Shown one piece after another: positions 60,198 to 64,000 of a stretch of 64,000 bases of DNA. This DNA comes from Mobula hypostoma. Taxonomy: Eukaryota. The stretch's first letter is position 1. Every line of letters starts with the position of its first letter. Where the stretch lies: assembly GCF_963921235.1 (NCBI RefSeq), contig NC_086097.1:222148001-222212000 (forward strand), read 5' to 3'. The notes under the pieces are model-generated. The model was not told where the DNA came from and did no database searches. It saw only the letters and a program-made list of their open reading frames with translations. Both the position numbers and the translations under genes were made by a program.

Positions 60198-62754
60198 TTA
60201 TTTCTTCAGCGGTTTGAATGGGGCACGACTGCACAAGCACGTGGAGGTCGGCCACTGAGAACAGCGGGAAGAGTTTAAAAGCAAGCAGAGTTGAAAAGGT
60301 GACGGTTATTTCTTCAGTGGTTTGAATGGGGCACGACTGCGCAAGCGTGTGGAGGTTGGCCAGTGAGAACAGCGGGAAGAGTTTAAAAGGAAGACAGATT
60401 TACAGAGCAGGCGTCGGAGGAAGGGGTGATGGAGTAGCGGGAGGCAGAGTAGGAAGGCTTTGGCTCAACGGGGCTTCGACAATAAAGAGTCGAGGCCAGT
60501 TAGGTTATCTGTTTAAAATAAAGACAGACAGTATGTGTGTGAGGCCGGTTTTCTGTGCTCGGTGTCAGATGTGGGAGGTCCTAGAGACTTCCGGCCTCCT
60601 GGACGACCACACCTGCACCAGGTGCATTGAGCTGCAGTTCCTTAGAGACCGCGTTAGGGAACTGGAGCTGCAACTCGAAGACCTTCGTCTGGTCAGGGAG
60701 AGTGAGGAGGTAATAGATAGGAGTTATACGCAGGTGGTCACTCCGGGACCACAGGAGACAGAGAAGTGGGTAACAGTCAGGAAAGGGAAGGGCAAGAAGC
60801 AGGTACCAGAGAGTACCCCAGTGGCCGTCCCCCTCAACAACAAGTATTCCCGCTTGAGTACTGTTGGAGGGGACGGCCTACCTGGGGGAAACAACAGTGG
60901 TCGCGCTTCTCGCATAGAGTCTGGCCCTGTGGCTCAAATTCAAATGGGTAGGGAAAGGAAGAGGATGGCAGCAGTGATAGGGGACTCTATAATTAGGGGG
61001 TCATATAGGTGATTCTGTGGACGCAGGAAAGAAACGCGGGTGGTAGTTTGCCTCCCAGGTGTCAGGGTCCGGATGTTTCTGATCGCGTCCACAATATCTT
61101 GAAGTGGGAAGGAGAACAGCCAGAGGCCGTGGTACATATTGGTATCAATGACATAGGTAGGAAAAGGGAGGAGGTCCTGAAAACAGACTACAGGGAGTTA
61201 GGAAAGAAGTTGAGAAGCAGGACCTCAAAGGTAGTAATCTCGGGATTACTGCCTGTGCCAATTGATAGTGAGCATAGGGATAGAATGAGGTGGAGGATAA
61301 ATGCGTGGCTGAGGGATTGCAGCAGGGAGCAGGGATTCAGATTTCTGGATCATTGGGACCTCTTCTGGGGCAGGTATGACCTGTCCAAAAAGGACGAGTT
61401 GCACTTAAACCTGAGGGGGACCAATATCCTGGCGGGAAGGTTTGCTAAAGCGAGAGTTTAAAGTAGAATTGCTGGGGGGGGGTGGGAACCGAACTGAAGT
61501 GACGGAGGAAAGGGAGGGTGGCTCGTAAATAGAGAAAGTTTGGAGACAGTGCGAAAAGCAGGATAGGCAGGTGATAGAGAAGGGATGCACTCAGACCGAT
61601 GGTTTGAGATGTGTCTATTTTAATGCGAGGAGTATCATGAATAAAGCGGATGAGCTTAGAGCGTGGATCAGCACTTGGAGCTATGATGTTGTGGCCATTA
61701 CAGAGACTTGGATGGTGCAGGGGCAGGAATGGCTACTTCAAGTGCCAGGCCTTAGATGTTTCAGAAAGGATAGGGAGGGAGGCAAAAGAGGTGGGGTCGT
61801 GGCAATGTTGATCAGGGATAATGTCACGGCTGCAGAAAAGGAGGAAGACATGGAGGGGTTGTCTACGGAGTCTCTGTGGTTGGAAGTTAGGAATAGGGAG
61901 GGTCAATAACTCTATTGGGTATTTTTTATAGACCACCCAATAGTAACAGGGACATTGAGGAGCAGATAGGGAGACAGATTCTGGAAAGGTCTAATAATAA
62001 TAGGGGTGTTGTGGTGAGAGATTTTAATTTCCCAAATATTGATTGGCATCTCCCCAGAGTGAGGGGTTTAGATGGAGTGGAGTTTGTTAGGTGTGTTCAG
62101 GAAGGTTTCTTGACACAGTATGTAGATAAACCTACAAGAGGAGAGGCTGTACTTGATCTGGTATTAACCTGGTCAGGTGTCAGGTCTCTCAGTGGGAGAG
62201 CATTTTGGAGATAGTGATCACAATTCTATTTCCTCTACCATAGCATTGGAGAGGGATAGGAACACACAAGTTAGGAAAGTGTTTAATTGGAGTAAGGGGA
62301 ACTATGAGGTTATCAGGCAGGACTTGGAAGCATAAATTGGAAACAGATGTTCTCAGGGAAACGTACAGAAGAAATATGGCAAATATTCAGGGGATATTTG
62401 CGTGGGGTTTTGAATAGGTACGTTCCAATGAGACATGGAAAGGATGGTAGGGTACAAGATCCGTGGTGCACAAAGGCTGTTGTAAATCTAGTCAAGAAGA
62501 AGAGCTTATGAAAGGCTCAAAAAACTAGGTGATGACATGAATCAGGAAGATTACAAGGCTAGCAGGAAGGAGCTTAAGAATGAAATTTGGAGAGCCAGAA
62601 GGGGCCATGAGAAGGCCTTGGCAGACAGGATTAAGGAAAACCCCAAGGCATTCTACAAGTATGTGAAGAGCAAGAGGATAAGATGTGAGAGAACAGGACT
62701 AATCAAGTGTGAAAGTAGAAAAGTGTGTATGGAAGCGGAGGAGATAGCTGAGGT
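60198..62754 (+). mobile_element. CR1 LINE 5' half: duplicated 5' UTR, ORF1 (ATG 60533 to 61461, disrupted) and ORF2 APE
   Basis: CARC..HTCTRC, GDSII, HIGIND, DELH; YFNARSI, ETW, FYRPP, DFNFP, SDH; breaks off at EEIAEV. Confidence 0.93.
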
Positions 62755-62759
62755 CCGCT

Positions 62760-63632
62760 ATGTCTAAGAATGGGAAAGACAGCAAACCTCCGGTTAGACC
62801 GAAAGTTACCGACCCCCCTCCGATTGAACCAGCGGTAACTACGCAAGCTATATCGGATCTGATTCGTGCGGAAATTTCAACTACTATATCGGATCTGATT
62901 TGTGTGGAATTTTCAACTATTATATCGGATCTGATTCGTGCAGAAATTTCAACTAAACTGCAGAAAATTATCGATGAAATTGATAAAATGAAAACATCTA
63001 TCACTGAACATCAGACTGCTATATCTAATCTCCATATATCCATGCAACAAAATGAACTCAAGATGGGGAAAATTGAAGAAACAATTACTGTAATGAAGAA
63101 AAAACTTGACTTTCTGACCTTTAAAAATTCTGACTTAGAATGCAGAATGCGACGACAGCACATTCGAATTATTGGTATTCGTGAAGCTGCTGAATCTGAT
63201 GACCCTATAAAGTTTTTCTCTCAACTTTTAAAAGATTCATTTCCCACCTTATTTCCTGACCAACCACCACTATTGGATGGGGCTCACAGAGTCCCATTAT
63301 ATTCGCCTAAGTCAGATAAACCTCGGCATGTTATTTTACGATTTCATTATTTTCAAGACAAGGAGAAGCTGCTTCGCTTTGCTCTACCTAAAGGTTACAT
63401 TGATTTCTCGGGTCTTTGCTTTTGATTAGTGGAAGATTTTAGTAAACAGGTTCGTGATCAACATGTCCGTTACAGATCTGTGATGTCGGAATACATCAAG
63501 ATGGATTTAAAACCAGTGTTGCTTTATCCCGCACATTTGAGGATTCGATCGTCTGATGGGTCTTCCTGTTTTTTCAACTCTCCATCGGAAGCCCAGAGTT
63601 ACCTGGATCAACTCTTGCCTTCAATATCTTAA
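62760..63632 (+). pseudogene. L1/Tx1-clade LINE ORF1 (coiled coil, RRM, CTD) with one in-frame stop at 63423-63425; the element continues into a T-rich spacer
   Basis: DLECRMRRQHIRIIGIRE, LDGAHRV, PRHVILRFHYFQDKEKLL, EDFS, LLYPAHLRI; ORFs 62760-63425 and 63429-63632 share a frame. Confidence 0.9.
62848..62955 (+). repeat. 3 x 36-bp in-frame tandem repeat in L1 ORF1
   Basis: Unit CTATATCGGATCTGATTCGTGCGGAAATTTCAACTA, encoding ISDLIRAEISTT-like 12-mers. Confidence 0.95.
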
Positions 63633-64000
63633 TCGCACTATTAAATCATCTCTGTTTGATCGGAGGCAGTTAATCTGTTGGGTTTAATTTTTTTTTTGCT
63701 TTATATGAGGGCAGAAAAGTTTTTTTTTGGTTTAATTAATATGATTGCCAAACTTTTTTTTTTAACTGCGTCATTCCTTTCTTCTTCCCTGGGGATTCTG
63801 GGTGGCTATTCCCTCAGCGTCATTTTACGTATATCCCTGGAGGCCTTAAACTTTGTAGTTTTCAAACGTACTTTTTGTAGTTTTCTTGGCTAGTCTATGC
63901 TAATATTTCATTTTCTTGTTTAATTATACGGTCTGTTGTAGGTTAACGTTTTTCTTTATATGTACCTATTTTTTCTTTGTATTATATCGTTTTCGTTTTA

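Noticed and set aside
1..64000. Prokaryotic systems (CRISPR arrays, operons, defence islands, retrons)
   Set aside because: No repeat-spacer array or operon-like gene packing; all RT domains belong to eukaryotic CR1, Rex1/Babar, Penelope or Gypsy elements.

Overview
This is eukaryotic, not prokaryotic, DNA: a repeat-saturated intronic or intergenic segment of a vertebrate genome. The mix of CR1 LINEs with an SGNH-esterase ORF1 and (TTTCTATG)n tails, HE1/V-SINEs, Rex1/Babar LINEs and Penelope elements suggests a cartilaginous fish, probably a ray (inference). I cannot support any host protein-coding gene; nearly every long ORF in the track is transposon-derived or the antisense shadow of a transposon. 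Main contents: many CR1 and Rex1/Babar fragments, several Penelope-like elements (RT plus GIY-YIG) whose pseudo-LTRs carry minimal hammerhead ribozyme motifs, one near-complete Ty3/Gypsy provirus (52045-56534), a solo LTR with a 4-bp TSD, two degenerate Gypsy remnants, two copies of an internally deleted Tigger element carrying a hAT-like insert, a hAT MITE, a Tc1 end, SINEs and an L1-type ORF1. The strongest signal is in the Gypsy provirus: it has no tRNA primer-binding site and instead carries a perfect 16-nt complement of its own LTR polyA-signal region (candidate self-priming or polyA-occlusion hairpin), plus a YLDN RT motif. I see no evidence for a wholly new multi-gene system. Family assignments are from motif recognition without database searches, and boundaries of degenerate repeats are approximate.
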